Shown piece by piece: positions 51,006 to 62,012 of a stretch of 64,000 bases of DNA. Origin of the DNA: Nitrospira sp. (GTDB lineage: Bacteria > Nitrospirota > Nitrospiria > Nitrospirales > Nitrospiraceae); the NCBI GenBank assembly GCA_047150005.1, contig AP038806.1, positions 864,001 to 928,000 of the forward strand, in the 5' to 3' direction. Each line of letters starts with the position of its first letter. Within the stretch, counting starts at the first letter, position 1. The notes under the pieces were generated by a model. That model had not been told where the DNA came from. It worked only from the letters and a program-made list of their open reading frames with translations, and searched no databases. The translations under genes were made by a program, and so were the position numbers.

Positions 51006-52802
51006 TCATGGCGACTGACACGAAAGAGTGTTCCATCTTTTTGAATGATCCAGCAAGAAGCCTTTCTTAACCAAATACCTCATGATCTGGCGTACATTAT
51101 CTTCAAGATTATAGTTTGTCGTTTCCAGAGTGATATCTGGAGCAAGTGGCTCTTCGTAGAGATCATCGATCCCCGTAAATCCTCTCAACTCACCGCGGCG
51201 TGCCTTGGCGTACATCCCTTTCGTGTCGCGTTTTTCACAAACCTCAAGTGGAGTGTTGACAAATACTTCCACGAACTGATCCGGCCCGACCATATTGCGC
51301 ACTTCATCGCGTGTCGCTCTGTATGGACTCACAGCGGCACACACTACCGCTCCGCCGTGACGAACAACCTCAGCTGCCACAAAGCCCAGACGGCGGATAT
51401 TTGTATCGCGGTCCTCTTTGCTAAATCCCAGCCCCTTGGAGAGATGGGTTCGTACCACGTCACCGTCGAGCACGGTGACCTGCCGTCCATACTCAAGGAG
51501 TTGCAGCGTCAAAATATCGGCAGTTGTGGACTTACCTGCCCCACTTAGACCAGTGAACCAGATACAGAATCCCCATCGATGCTTTGGAGGATATGTTTCA
51601 GAAAGGATCTCAGCGACCTCGGGTCTCATAAACCATGTTGGTAATGCTTTTCCATTGTTAAGATAATCCTCACGCACCTGTGATTCAGAGATTGTCGCGG
51701 CGCGCTTATTTCTTGGTACTTTTGAGATCTCCTCATACCGCCACTCTTCCGGAACGTACACAAGCTCCCGAAACGGCAACATGTTCACTCCAATCTCATC
51801 GCTAAAACGCTCCACTAACTCCTGAGCTTCGTACAGGGCATAGAACGGCCTACCAGTAGAGTCGAGCCCTGGACTCGCATGATCGCGACTTACAATCATG
51901 TGGTTGGCACCGTAATTGCGCCTAATAACTGCGTGCCACAAGGCTTCTCGCGGGCCCCCGAGCCGCGTGGCTAGGTTGAGAAGACCAAGGACAATTCGCT
52001 TCTTATCGTAGTATCGATCGGCCATCATCTGATACGTGCGCACGCGCGTGTATTGATCGACATCGCCAGGTTTGGTCATCCCGACGACAGGGTGCAGTAA
52101 TAACACACCTTCTTTTTCCTGAACTGCATGCTTCGTAAGCTCTTCGTCCGCCCTATGCAACGGATTCCCTGCCTGGAAAGCTACGACATTCGCGTATCCC
52201 AACGAGCGTAATTTATTCCGCGTTTGTTCCGGTGTTAAGCGGATGTCCCGAAAGTCATAATGGGTCGGCAACCGCAACACCTGAATGCGACCGGAAATAT
52301 TGAGCCGGCCCCAACCAGCCATCTCGGCTATCATGGGGTGGCGCAGATCTCGCGTGCCGAATACCTTTTCGCCAACTGCTGTTTTATCCCACTCGTAAAT
52401 CTCTTCGACCCTCATTATTGCAAGGGGTTCATTCTTTTGGTTTCGGAGCCCAATCTCTTTATCCAAGGCAATAGAAGCAGTGAGTCTCACCGGGAGGGTA
52501 ACAGGAATTGGGAAGACTTCTCCGCTCACCAATCGCATCTCTTCCAATACCCGGCGGTGATCCTGACTACTCAGAAAACGATCCAGGGGTGAAAAGGCCC
52601 CGACCGCGAGAAGCTCGAGATCACATAGCGCTCGGGGAGAGAGCTGGATATATGGAAGATGGTGTGCCCTCAACATCAACTCATCACGTTCCTCATCGGA
52701 GACAAGCAAGTTGACGAGCTTACCCCCGTAGGGTGGAACGAGAGGGGCACACTTCACCGTGGTGTCCGCTTCAAAAGCCTGTATTGCCTTCTCCACGCTC
52801 AT
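51006..52802 (-). CDS. cysC: Bifunctional sulfate adenylyltransferase/adenylylsulfate kinase (Sat-CysC); Sat motifs degenerate
   Basis: PYGGKLVNL, GAFSPL and GPREALWHA motifs. Kinase motifs GLSGAGKST, LDGDVVR and FTGIDD. FQAGNPLHRAD replaces FQTRNPxHRAH. Confidence 0.9.
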   Translation of the reverse strand: MSVEKAIQAFEADTTVKCAPLVPPYGGKLVNLLVSDEERDELMLRAHHLPYIQLSPRALCDLELLAVGAFSPLDRFLSSQDHRRVLEEMRLVSGEVFPIPVTLPVRLTASIALDKEIGLRNQKNEPLAIMRVEEIYEWDKTAVGEKVFGTRDLRHPMIAEMAGWGRLNISGRIQVLRLPTHYDFRDIRLTPEQTRNKLRSLGYANVVAFQAGNPLHRADEELTKHAVQEKEGVLLLHPVVGMTKPGDVDQYTRVRTYQMMADRYYDKKRIVLGLLNLATRLGGPREALWHAVIRRNYGANHMIVSRDHASPGLDSTGRPFYALYEAQELVERFSDEIGVNMLPFRELVYVPEEWRYEEISKVPRNKRAATISESQVREDYLNNGKALPTWFMRPEVAEILSETYPPKHRWGFCIWFTGLSGAGKSTTADILTLQLLEYGRQVTVLDGDVVRTHLSKGLGFSKEDRDTNIRRLGFVAAEVVRHGGAVVCAAVSPYRATRDEVRNMVGPDQFVEVFVNTPLEVCEKRDTKGMYAKARRGELRGFTGIDDLYEEPLAPDITLETTNYNLEDNVRQIMRYLVKKGFLLDHSKRWNTLSCQSP

Positions 52803-52805
52803 GCG

Positions 52806-53759
52806 TTAGCCCTGCGGATAAAATTGCTTATTCAGTGGTTCCAAGAGGGGCCAGATTGATTTAATTTCTGTGTAATGCAGATCCTTCCACTTCTCCGGAC
52901 GAGGTGCCGAGCCTCCTGTGGTGTACACACGTCCCTGAATTGAGTCCAGCTGTGCCGTGAAGTACTTCGATGGGGGCAATTCACAAAACTCCCGAATCGT
53001 CTCGTACTCCACGTGTGGTCTCGCCAGAAGATCTTCGTGTCGGACTAACAGATACCTGCCCTGACAGTGCTCATTCAGATCCGTCCAGGCGGTTGTATTT
53101 GCCTCTACCCATTGAAAGGCGCAAATCTCCGCCAACGGCCTTCCAACCCAGCGTTGCCATCCCGGCGGAACGAGGTAATGCCATTTGTTAAATGACCACG
53201 TGGCATGGTCGGTCCTTGACCACACTTTCCATCCTTCCATCAACGAACTCACGACATCCTCGCCTCTTCTCATGACAAAAATAAATTTTGCGTCTGGAAA
53301 CATGCTCGCGAGAAACGGAATCCGCAGGCAATTCGCAGGGGTTTTTTCTACAAGTCGTATTGGTGGAGTTTTATAACAGTTTACAATTGGGCGTTGCATG
53401 AGCTTACGTGGCACGAACTTCCATCCGATTCGATCTTTCAGATACTCCTTATTATGTGCCATGGCATACAACGAACTATGCACCTCACTCCTCACAGCAG
53501 GCGCGGGACATTCCGTCACCCGATCTCCTTTTTCCGAATGTACGGGGTAGTGCTTGTACCAAACGTCCTGAGCCTCTACGTAGAGGCTCCAGAGAGACGG
53601 GTGACGTGAGAGGGTTTCAAAAAGGAGCGTGGTCCCAGACCGGTTACATCCGATGACGAAGATAGGTTTTGAGATCAATTGTGCGTTCTCTTGCGTTGGG
53701 ATCACGTGTTTAGCCGCATTGAACACCATTGTCTCGATAGGTTCAGTGCAGGCTTTCAT
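52806..53759 (-). CDS. PAPS-dependent sulfotransferase
   Basis: PIFVIGCNRSGTTLL, VEKTP, FPDAKFIFVMR…VVSS and VRHEDL motifs. Confidence 0.92.
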   Translation of the reverse strand: MKACTEPIETMVFNAAKHVIPTQENAQLISKPIFVIGCNRSGTTLLFETLSRHPSLWSLYVEAQDVWYKHYPVHSEKGDRVTECPAPAVRSEVHSSLYAMAHNKEYLKDRIGWKFVPRKLMQRPIVNCYKTPPIRLVEKTPANCLRIPFLASMFPDAKFIFVMRRGEDVVSSLMEGWKVWSRTDHATWSFNKWHYLVPPGWQRWVGRPLAEICAFQWVEANTTAWTDLNEHCQGRYLLVRHEDLLARPHVEYETIREFCELPPSKYFTAQLDSIQGRVYTTGGSAPRPEKWKDLHYTEIKSIWPLLEPLNKQFYPQG

Positions 53760-54505
53760 CTTTCGTGAGCAGAAGCGTTTTCAGGAATCTCAATGTAGGT
53801 AAGGAGGTTATCGCACGATTGGCTTATGAGGTGATAACAGTGGTCGAATTGCTCAATCGTTCCACCATAGGGGTCAGGGATATGTGTCAAGATTCCGCTG
53901 CGAAAACTGCTGAGAAGCGATACCTTCCCTTGTGCCTCGGGATATGTCGCCAGCAAGGTCTGTCGTTGTGCATAATCCATGACCACAATCAGGTCAGCTT
54001 GACGGATCATCTCCCTGCTAATGGGTGTTGTTCTGTGCTCTTCGAGAGCCAAACCGTATTGTCGGGCAATTGTTTCGGCTACGGCGTTTGCCGTATGTCC
54101 CGGCGTGGTATCTAATCCAGCTGAGAATACTCTCAACTGGTTCTTGCCCTTGATCTTCGATTTCACGTACGCCTCTGCCAACGGGCTCCGACAAATGTTA
54201 CCTTTGCAGACGAAGAAGAGACTCTGAACAGGGCGAGGTCGGTTCGCGATAATCGTATCCTCTTGAGTCCACACCCAGACAGCAATCCTCCTAAACACCT
54301 TCGCCTTGAGAATATGGAGTAAGCTAGTAAGTCTTTGTATAGGGACAACTAGCGTGAGGTGAGTACATTTGTGAATGAGTCGACGTACAGGGGTATTGGT
54401 TGTTTTCAAGTGGTCAATGACAAGATTGTTCGGTCTCGTACACATGAATCTACAACCGAATCCGCTTGCCGTTGGGCGGTTCACACACGTGTAGGCTCGG
54501 ATCAC
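53756..54505 (-). CDS. Low-molecular-weight protein tyrosine phosphatase (Wzb-like)
   Basis: FVCKGNICRSPLAE, SAG, ADLIVVMD and IPDPYG motifs. True start probably downstream of 54505. Confidence 0.88.
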   Translation of the reverse strand: MIRAYTCVNRPTASGFGCRFMCTRPNNLVIDHLKTTNTPVRRLIHKCTHLTLVVPIQRLTSLLHILKAKVFRRIAVWVWTQEDTIIANRPRPVQSLFFVCKGNICRSPLAEAYVKSKIKGKNQLRVFSAGLDTTPGHTANAVAETIARQYGLALEEHRTTPISREMIRQADLIVVMDYAQRQTLLATYPEAQGKVSLLSSFRSGILTHIPDPYGGTIEQFDHCYHLISQSCDNLLTYIEIPENASAHER

Positions 54506-55011
54506 GCCAGGAACTGTTGAATCTGCAACCCTTCTTCGGATGCATATTCACGACACCTTTGCGAGACTGAGTCTCACGTTGAGATCAAGATGCATATTCC
54601 TTTGAATGATTGAATCGCTTGAGCACCCCATGGATGAAATTGTAGTGGATCTGACCCGAAGGAATGTCACTGAATGATTAACTCTGAGCAAACTTCCGAG
54701 CACATTATGGTTACGGCTAGGTTACGGCATCCAACGATCGCATGCGATGTAGACGACTATCTCGGCGTCTGAAGGAGGCCTAGGCCAAAGACCGCGACGT
54801 GTTCACTTGGGGGGTTTGTCATGTGCTTCTTGTGCTACGCATGTAGAGGTGACGGACGGCGTATTCACCGCTTGAGTTATGGACGGTCCCTCATCAAGAC
54901 CGCGACCCAGATGAATTCAACAACACGAGCCATCACGGCGACAACGGACCCTCGTAGATCGACCGCATGCAAGGCACTCACGAAATACTTCGTCATGAAT
55001 CCCATAGCGCG

Positions 55012-55377
55012 TCATCCGGCCTGACCAGACATCAACTCTTCGATGAGTTTCAGAACTGGACCGGTCTTGATGATGTCGAAGTGCCCCTTCCTGGTTTCGC
55101 GTACGACCAGTGCCCGCGCTTGCATCGCATAGTCCTTCCTTGCCACATCGTTGGACTGTTCTTTGGCCTTCCAGGATTGTTCGACCAAATAAATGATGTC
55201 ATGGATCGCACGGTCAGTAGAGTCGCGATGCGGGTGATTAGCATCTCGCGCGGCATCCTTGAGAGCTGTTTCCGCCTGACTGACGACATCGGCAGCTGAT
55301 GCGGGCCGCTGAAGACGTGGCTCAAGCCCGAGCAGCAGACAAACGAATGCCAGGACGACGAAGTAAACGAGTTTCAT
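55012..55377 (-). CDS. Small hypothetical secreted helical protein
   Basis: Signal peptide ending ASA/SAA. Confidence 0.7.
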   Translation of the reverse strand: MKLVYFVVLAFVCLLLGLEPRLQRPASAADVVSQAETALKDAARDANHPHRDSTDRAIHDIIYLVEQSWKAKEQSNDVARKDYAMQARALVVRETRKGHFDIIKTGPVLKLIEELMSGQAG

Positions 55378-55527
55378 TTCACACCCCGCTTGGCACTCAA
55401 TCCAACCATTACAGACTCCGAGTCATGTGAGCGGCATCAGTCGTTCTCATGGTAGGCAGGACTTGTAAAGTTGGCGTTGCCAGCGCGTTAATGGTCTGTT
55501 TCGCAATTGGCACGAAGCACAAGAGCA

Positions 55528-55644
55528 GCCTGGGATCACAAGCTACGCCAGGCTGTCCAGATGCTCCACCGGAAGTTCAAAATGGTCGATGGTTTGGTCG
55601 ATGAACGGCAGGCGGTCGCAGCAGGTACGTCGAACTCATTGAAA
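55528..55644 (+). pseudogene. Extreme 3' remnant of a tyrosine integrase
   Basis: AWDHKLRQAVQML… is homologous to AWDRKLRESVVLL… of the remnant at 57.4 kb, and is likewise followed by the att repeat. Confidence 0.75.
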
Positions 55645-55689
55645 AGTGGTGAGCCGCCTGGGACTCGAACCCAGGGCCCTCGCCTTAAA
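55645..55689 (-). repeat. att-site duplicate of the tRNA-Lys 3' half
   Basis: 45 bp identical to 57507-57551, ending at the anticodon loop. Confidence 0.95.
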
Positions 55690-55848
55690 GACTTGAAGAA
55701 ACAGGTTTTAACAGCCGCTTGATTTTACGAATGTTTCCTCGTTTTATATTTGCAGTCAAAGGCTTTTGAGGTTTCTATTGAGTCTATAGAATCTGTCTGT
55801 TGCGATCGGTTCCGCAGATGTTTAGCACAAATTTAGCACAGGTACTGT

Positions 55849-56466
55849 TCAGGCAGGCTTTGGAGTACAACCTTCAATAAATTTGATGAGTCCATCGAAC
55901 GATCCTTGGTCAGCCTGCTTCATCGCTTTGATATACTCCTCTCGCACCTCATGGCCTTGTGTCATGAGGTGGATTTGGGGCCACTCCGGCAAGGAATGTT
56001 TACGGGAATAGAAGAAAATGTCGGTTACCAGTCTTGCGTGTCGGCCATTGCCATTTCGAAAAGGGTGAATCTTGGTCAATCTGTTCTGAAGGCGTGCAGC
56101 AACTTCTAAGGTCGGCATCGTTGAGGAAGGGGAGTCCCAAAACAGAAAATCATCGCATAACATCCGAATGTGTTCCGGTATCAGGTGCGAAGCAATGCCG
56201 ATGTTAAGCTCATCGGTTCGAAACTTTCCTGCCCATTCCCATAGTGAGCCGAACATGTCCTGATGCAGTTTACGGAGAAAATCCTCGGTCAACCAGTGTG
56301 TACCTCGCTTCTTCCTTCGTGCTTCAAAAATGTACTTGTTATACGCGAGGCTAATCTCATCTGCCTCTGCCGCATTCCTCTCTTCGCGAGTAACGAGATG
56401 TGTGAGGATCAGACCAGAGGTGTCGTCCCCGGGCGTCGCTCCGGCTGGCTGTGATCCATTGGCCAT
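55849..56466 (-). CDS. Fic-domain mobile mystery protein B
   Basis: GATP N-terminal motif, LHQDMFGSLWEWAGKFR, and Fic motif HPFRNGNGRHAR. Confidence 0.9.
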   Translation of the reverse strand: MANGSQPAGATPGDDTSGLILTHLVTREERNAAEADEISLAYNKYIFEARRKKRGTHWLTEDFLRKLHQDMFGSLWEWAGKFRTDELNIGIASHLIPEHIRMLCDDFLFWDSPSSTMPTLEVAARLQNRLTKIHPFRNGNGRHARLVTDIFFYSRKHSLPEWPQIHLMTQGHEVREEYIKAMKQADQGSFDGLIKFIEGCTPKPA

Positions 56467-56476
56467 TGGTGTTGAG

Positions 56477-56926
56477 CTAGATATATTTGTGACGACTACG
56501 GAGAATTTCGTCTGTGCGTTTTTCCAGGAGCCGTTTAAATGATTCTTTATCGGGAGCTTGGTCTTCGAGTGCCATAGTTCCCATCGTGTGCTTGAGACGT
56601 TTGAGCGCCAGACTGGCGGCGCGACCTCGGACTATTTCATCAAGAGGCTTTTTCAAGCGTGGTTCAACATTCAGATCAGATCCCAGTCCTTGATAGATTC
56701 GCCGAAGCGTGCCTACTTGGGGATCGGCTTTTCCCGATTCGATTGCGGCGAGATTGGGTTGAGTAATATGCGCGCGCTTCGCGAGTTCAACCTGAGTCAT
56801 TCTTAGTCGATTGCGCAGGATACGTATCCACTCCCCTGGAGTACGACTACCAGCCTCTTTCGGATCTTGGACCTGAAGATGGGAGAGCGCGATGTCGTCG
56901 ATGATTGTAGCGAGCTTTTTCTTCAT
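56477..56926 (-). CDS. XRE-HTH mobile mystery protein A
   Basis: WIRILRNRLRMTQVELAKR HTH and TMALEDQ motif. Confidence 0.88.
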   Translation of the reverse strand: MKKKLATIIDDIALSHLQVQDPKEAGSRTPGEWIRILRNRLRMTQVELAKRAHITQPNLAAIESGKADPQVGTLRRIYQGLGSDLNVEPRLKKPLDEIVRGRAASLALKRLKHTMGTMALEDQAPDKESFKRLLEKRTDEILRSRHKYI

Positions 56927-56934
56927 GGTTATTT

Positions 56935-57018
56935 TTATACTGTATTCGATATTAAAGCAACTAACAATATATTGAAAACAGTATAAATAAACACATATTT
57001 ATATCGATTACAGCATAC
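56935..57018. promoter_or_regulatory. AT-rich promoter with 18-bp inverted operator-like repeats
   Basis: ttatactgtattcgatat (56935-56952) is inverted to atattgaaaacagtataa (56969-56986), 16/18. A third related copy is at 57001-57018. Confidence 0.65.
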
Positions 57019-57119
57019 AATATAGCATAACTTATTGTAATACAATGAGTTATGCAGCACCCGATGCACTCCATAGAGTGCATCATTTACCTAGGAAATG
57101 CAGCAATTACAGGGGGTGA

Positions 57120-57506
57120 CGTCCGTCGGCCCTATGGGCGCTTCACGATCCCCTCCCCTCGCTCACGGACGGTCGGGTGTTTCGCCGCTGGGAGGGTATC
57201 CGAGCCTTTCGGAAGTACTGGGCGCGAGTGTGCACCCTCGCCAAAATTCAGGACCTGCACTTCCACGACCTCCGACACACCTTTACGACGCGATTACAGG
57301 GCCTCGGCGTGGACTATGAGGTCAGGCAGGCCCTGCTCGGGCATCGGATGCCGGGCATGACGGCCAGTTATTCGCACGGCGGGCCAGCCTGGGATCGAAA
57401 GCTGCGGGAATCCGTGGTCCTGCTCGATCAGGCCTTCCGTTTGTCCTATGGATTGTCCGATGAGAAAAAGGCGGTGGCGATGGGGACGATGCAACCTTCT
57501 GATTTT
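57120..57506 (+). pseudogene. Tyrosine recombinase/integrase C-terminal remnant
   Basis: HFHDLRHTFTTRL…ALLGH…MTASYSH (HxxR, H, Y). N-terminal part missing, with an in-frame stop at 57117. Confidence 0.9.
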
Positions 57507-57508
57507 AG

Positions 57509-57584
57509 TGGTGAGCCGCCTGGGACTCGAACCCAGGGCCCTCGCCTTAAAAGGGCGATGCTCTACCGTCTGAGCTAGCGGCTC
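57509..57584 (-). tRNA. tRNA-Lys(UUU)
   Basis: 76-nt cloverleaf gagccgctagctcag…tcgcc-ctTTTaa-ggcga…gttcgagtccc…cacca with encoded CCA. Confidence 0.96.
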
Positions 57585-57675
57585 ACCGAATGGAGGAGGG
57601 GGATTGTAACACCGACATTTCACCCGTGCCTAGCAGAAGATTGCGGAGGCTGCCGTGTCGAACGGAGAGACTCGT

Positions 57676-59100
<1,425 letters not shown>

Positions 59101-59244
59101 TCAGAACCGGGGCATGGTATGGACCCCTCTAATGTTTGTCAAGAAGCGAGGGGGATTTGTTGACTGGCCGCCGCTTGGGGTGTTAGCATGCGTTTTCGTC
59201 TGAACACCGCATTTCGATTGAACATTGTTGCCAATCTGACGTGT

Positions 59245-59320
59245 GGGGCTGTAGCGCAGCTGGGAGCGCGCGTGAATGGCATTCACGAGGTCGCGGGTTC
59301 AATCCCCGCCAGCTCCACCA
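59245..59320 (+). tRNA. tRNA-Ala(GGC)
   Basis: 76-nt ggggctgtagcgcagctggg…cgtga-atGGCat-tcacg…ggttcaatccc…ccacca. Confidence 0.96.
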
Positions 59321-59600
59321 AACCAAGCTTGCTCGTGCCGGTCACTCTTTTAGGTCGTATCGTGATTGCTGCGACCGGAGAGAGTCGTCAACCCTTGTGG
59401 GTTGTTTGAAATACCAAGCTTGCGCGTGCCGTCGGCTATTCAAGGCTTCTTGTGATCAGGTCGGCGGAAAAGCACCCGACGCAATCATTCACTGTAGGGT
59501 ATGATGCCTCTCTTCCCACTCATGCGCCTCCCGCCCTGCTCCGCTTAGGTTGAACCTTTGATCTGAGTACCTGAGTTCACCGTCCCAATCGAGTACCGCC

Positions 59601-61469
59601 ATGCTGCAAATCGAGTCTGTCCATAAGCAATTCTCCACCAAGGTTCTGTTCAACGGCGCATCCGCTCATCTGCGGCCTCACAGCCGTGTCGGTCTCGTCG
59701 GTCCGAACGGAACCGGAAAAACCACGCTATTCAAGATGATTCTCGGGGAGGAATCTCCGGACGAGGGCGCGATTCGGAAGCGGCCGCGGCTGCAGATCGG
59801 CTATCTGCCTCAAGAACTCGAAACGATCACCGGCAAGACGGCGCTGGACGCCGCCCACCGGGATCAGTACCCCGAGCACGAGGCCAAGCGCATTCTTTCC
59901 GGCCTCGGGTTCAGCGAAGCCGACTTCGCGCGGCCGGTGGAAAACCTTTCGGGCGGCTACCGAATGCGCGTGGCGTTGGCGCATCTGCTGCTGTCCAACC
60001 CGGACGTGCTCATGCTGGACGAGCCCACCAACCATCTGGACAAGCCCACGCAACGATGGTTCGAAGACTTCCTCCTGAATTCGAAGCTCACGCTTCTGGT
60101 GATCAGCCACGACACGGCCTTTCTCGATCGCACCGTGACCCACATCTGGGAATTGCGCGACCGGAGTATCCAGGAATTTCGCGGCAACTATACGAAGTTC
60201 CGGGAGCTGCGCGCCGAGCGCGACGCCCAACTACACGCGGCCGCCAACCGCCAGGCCAAGGAAGTGGCGCGGGTACAGCAGTTCGTCGATCGGTTCCGGT
60301 ATCAGGCCAACAAGGCCCGTCAGGTCCAGTCACGCATCAAGCAATTGGAAAAGGTCAAGCTGATCGAGCTCCAGCGAGACGCCAAGCGTGTGAAGTTCAA
60401 GTTTCCGCTGCCCTCCACCAGCGGCCGCCACGTGCTGGACCTGGCCGGAGCCGCCAAACGCTACGGCGAGAAGATCGTCTATGGCTCTCTGGATTTTTCG
60501 GTCGAGCGTGGCCAGCGGATCGCACTGGTCGGAGAAAACGGCGCGGGCAAAAGCACGCTGCTGAAGATGCTGGCCGGCGTGCTGCCCCCCGACAAGGGCA
60601 CGCGCACGGTCGGACACGGCGTCAGCCTCCATTATTTCGCTCAACATCAGGCCGAAACGCTCAATCCCGAGCACACGATCTTGGAGTCGCTGGGCGAAGT
60701 CTCGAGTACGGTGGAAACCAATTTTCTCCGTGGGCTCGCCGGCGCCTTCCTGTTTTCCGGTCCGGATCAGAAAAAGCCGATCAAGGCGCTGAGCGGAGGC
60801 GAGCGCAACCGGGTGGCACTGGCCCGGATGCTGGTCGAGCCGGCCAATACGCTCCTCCTGGACGAGCCGACGAATCACCTGGATCCGGCGTCCGTCGACG
60901 TGCTCACCGACGCATTGACTGAATTTCCCGGCACGATCATCTTCATCTCGCACGATCCCACATTCCTCACCCGCATCTCGACGCGCATCGTCGAAATCGA
61001 AGAGGGAAAGGCCCGGAATTTCTTCGGCGACTATGAATACTATTTGTGGAAGAAGGCACAGGAACTGGACTCGATCAAGGAGAACAGCGAGGAATTGGAA
61101 GACGCGAAATCCGGCCGGAGCGGAGCGAAGACCGGTCAGGCTGGAACGCCCGCTCCGACCAAAGCCATGACGTCCCAGTCACAGCCCAAATCGTCGGCGG
61201 GAGATCGACGCGATCTGAACAAGACGCAGGCCCGCCTGGAAAAGCAAGTCGCGCGCGCGGAGTCCGACATCGCAGCCCAGGAAGGGCGCATCAAGGAACG
61301 CGACCAGGTGCTCGCGGACCCGGCGCTCTATCAGGATTTCGCCAAGTGGAACAACCTGCACCAGGAGCAGGAATCTTGGAAGAAAGAATTGGAGCGGCTC
61401 ACCGCCCGCTGGGAATCGCTGTCGGCCGAGCTCGGCGACGTGAAACACAAGCTCGAAGCCCTCGCCTGA
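59601..61469 (+). CDS. ABC-F family ATPase
   Basis: Two ABC domains (GPNGTGKT; GENGAGKS; LSGG; LDEPTNHLD twice), no TM segments, C-terminal coiled coil. Confidence 0.95.
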   Translation: MLQIESVHKQFSTKVLFNGASAHLRPHSRVGLVGPNGTGKTTLFKMILGEESPDEGAIRKRPRLQIGYLPQELETITGKTALDAAHRDQYPEHEAKRILSGLGFSEADFARPVENLSGGYRMRVALAHLLLSNPDVLMLDEPTNHLDKPTQRWFEDFLLNSKLTLLVISHDTAFLDRTVTHIWELRDRSIQEFRGNYTKFRELRAERDAQLHAAANRQAKEVARVQQFVDRFRYQANKARQVQSRIKQLEKVKLIELQRDAKRVKFKFPLPSTSGRHVLDLAGAAKRYGEKIVYGSLDFSVERGQRIALVGENGAGKSTLLKMLAGVLPPDKGTRTVGHGVSLHYFAQHQAETLNPEHTILESLGEVSSTVETNFLRGLAGAFLFSGPDQKKPIKALSGGERNRVALARMLVEPANTLLLDEPTNHLDPASVDVLTDALTEFPGTIIFISHDPTFLTRISTRIVEIEEGKARNFFGDYEYYLWKKAQELDSIKENSEELEDAKSGRSGAKTGQAGTPAPTKAMTSQSQPKSSAGDRRDLNKTQARLEKQVARAESDIAAQEGRIKERDQVLADPALYQDFAKWNNLHQEQESWKKELERLTARWESLSAELGDVKHKLEALA

Positions 61470-61568
61470 CGGTACGGGACCGGACCCGGCTACGCCGGCA
61501 GGCCGCCTCTTGTAGCATCCTGTTCGTGATGATGTGGAAACGCACCGAAAGGGAACGGATCAGACAGG

Positions 61569-61958
61569 TCAGGACGAGGACTTGATCGTCTCTTCCAGAT
61601 AATAGTACAGCCAGCGGTTCTTCTCTTTTGTGACGACCTCATCCCAGACCACCCCGATCAAATAGCCCTTTTCCCATGGCTTGACCCACGCGACCGCGCC
61701 GTCCAGCTTTTCCTGCTGTTCCATGCGATCGGAGTCGAGGAATGCCAGGGACACCGTGACCCGTTCACCCATGCCCAGCTTTTCCTTGGCATGCAAGCCG
61801 GCCCCGACCTTGTTGACGTTGTCCAGGACGGCCGTAATGGCCTTGGAACCGCTTTTGGGAGAGACCAAGGCGGAGCCGACCAGGGTCGCGCGAACGAGCT
61901 TGCGTCGTTCGCTGCCGGTGGTGGCGGTGGGAGCTGATTTGGATTCCGACTTTTTCAT
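61569..61958 (-). CDS. PilZ-domain protein
   Basis: ERRKLVR (RxxxR), NVNKVG (N/DxSxxG-like), VAWVK…IGV. Confidence 0.75.
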   Translation of the reverse strand: MKKSESKSAPTATTGSERRKLVRATLVGSALVSPKSGSKAITAVLDNVNKVGAGLHAKEKLGMGERVTVSLAFLDSDRMEQQEKLDGAVAWVKPWEKGYLIGVVWDEVVTKEKNRWLYYYLEETIKSSS

Positions 61959-62012
61959 CGGCTACGTATAAGTATAACCGATAGGAATTCTTTGTCCATC
62001 GAGAAGATGGCC

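Larger units (their letters stand above)
55645..57551. mobile_element. Degenerate ~1.9-kb integrative mini-island at tRNA-Lys
   Basis: Bounded by 45-bp direct repeats. Carries an HTH+Fic pair and an integrase remnant, and is more AT-rich than the flanking core genes. Confidence 0.85.

Noticed and set aside
57177..57578. 133-aa ORF as a functional integrase
   Set aside because: Contains only the C-terminal catalytic boxes, lacks the N-terminal part, and runs antisense into the tRNA.
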